From Chitinispirillia bacterium (GTDB lineage: Bacteria; Fibrobacterota; Chitinivibrionia; Chitinivibrionales; Chitinispirillaceae): a stretch of DNA of 64,000 nt. Shown piece after piece: positions 63,911 through 64,000 of the stretch. How positions within the stretch are numbered: position 1 is the first letter of the stretch; each line of letters begins with the position of its first letter. The stretch covers positions 174 through 64,173 of the forward strand of contig WRCH01000002.1 of the NCBI GenBank assembly GCA_009784115.1, read 5' to 3'. The notes below the pieces were generated by a model. The model searched no databases and was not told the DNA's origin. It saw nothing but the letters and a program-made list of their open reading frames with translations. The translations under genes were made by a program, and so were the position numbers.

Positions 63911-64000
63911 ATTCTCTTATTCCTTAGTTGAGGATAACGCAGCCGTGAGGCCGGCAAACGAACTTCTTGAACGTCTAAACATAGTGCGCCTCCAATAAAA

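Overview
The window is a 64-kb chromosomal segment of a diderm (Gram-negative) bacterium. It is densely coded and mostly housekeeping. All calls come from reading the ORF translations and the DNA by eye; no searches were run, and start codons are my best guesses.

Recognisable content:
- Mobile remnant at the left edge: a small serine recombinase plus an Rpn/PD-(D/E)XK gene. This stretch looks visibly more AT-rich, and two palindromic sites lie upstream.
- Housekeeping and envelope genes: tyrS, a TolC-MacA-MacB-type efflux operon, RNase P RNA (type A), an Omp85-family protein, a DEAD-box helicase, two XRE regulators and an RRM RNA-binding protein.
- Glycan and redox genes: GH20 hexosaminidase with a YhcH-family gene, a fused NuoE/NuoF-like flavoprotein with a NuoG-N-terminal/HoxU-like Fe-S protein, a PQQ-type propeller, and a GH5 cellulase with a T9SS-type C-terminal domain.
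- Flagellar genes: flgB-flgC-orf-fliE, and flgM at a separate locus.
- Others: a hybrid histidine kinase, tgt, a FISUMP-domain lipoprotein, argA, an FAD oxidoreductase, a Hanks kinase next to a double-FHA ABC transporter, gmk, a PAP2 phosphatase, an M16 peptidase pair, PIN-PhoH, a radical SAM enzyme, enolase, a PorU-like C25 peptidase, ftsX-envC, an LpoA-like protein, a DUF151 nuclease and an aminopeptidase.

Flagella, T9SS components and a FISUMP domain together suggest an FCB-group or Fibrobacterota-like organism. That is inference only.

I saw no tRNA genes, rRNA genes, CRISPR array or cas genes.

Most interesting observations:
1. A tightly coupled operon at 35692-39649 encodes a fused 2-oxoacid dehydrogenase E1 alpha-beta protein, a lipoyl-domain::KAS III (FabH) fusion with no E2 catalytic domain, and a membrane protein.
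2. At least four families of structured intergenic repeats occupy almost every sizeable intergenic gap. Their stems vary with compensatory changes around conserved cores. Two families share the core CTGCACG-N6-CGTGAGGC, and some copies supply gene stop codons.
3. Exact sigma54-type promoters precede flgB and the RRM gene, and a sigma28-type promoter precedes flgM.
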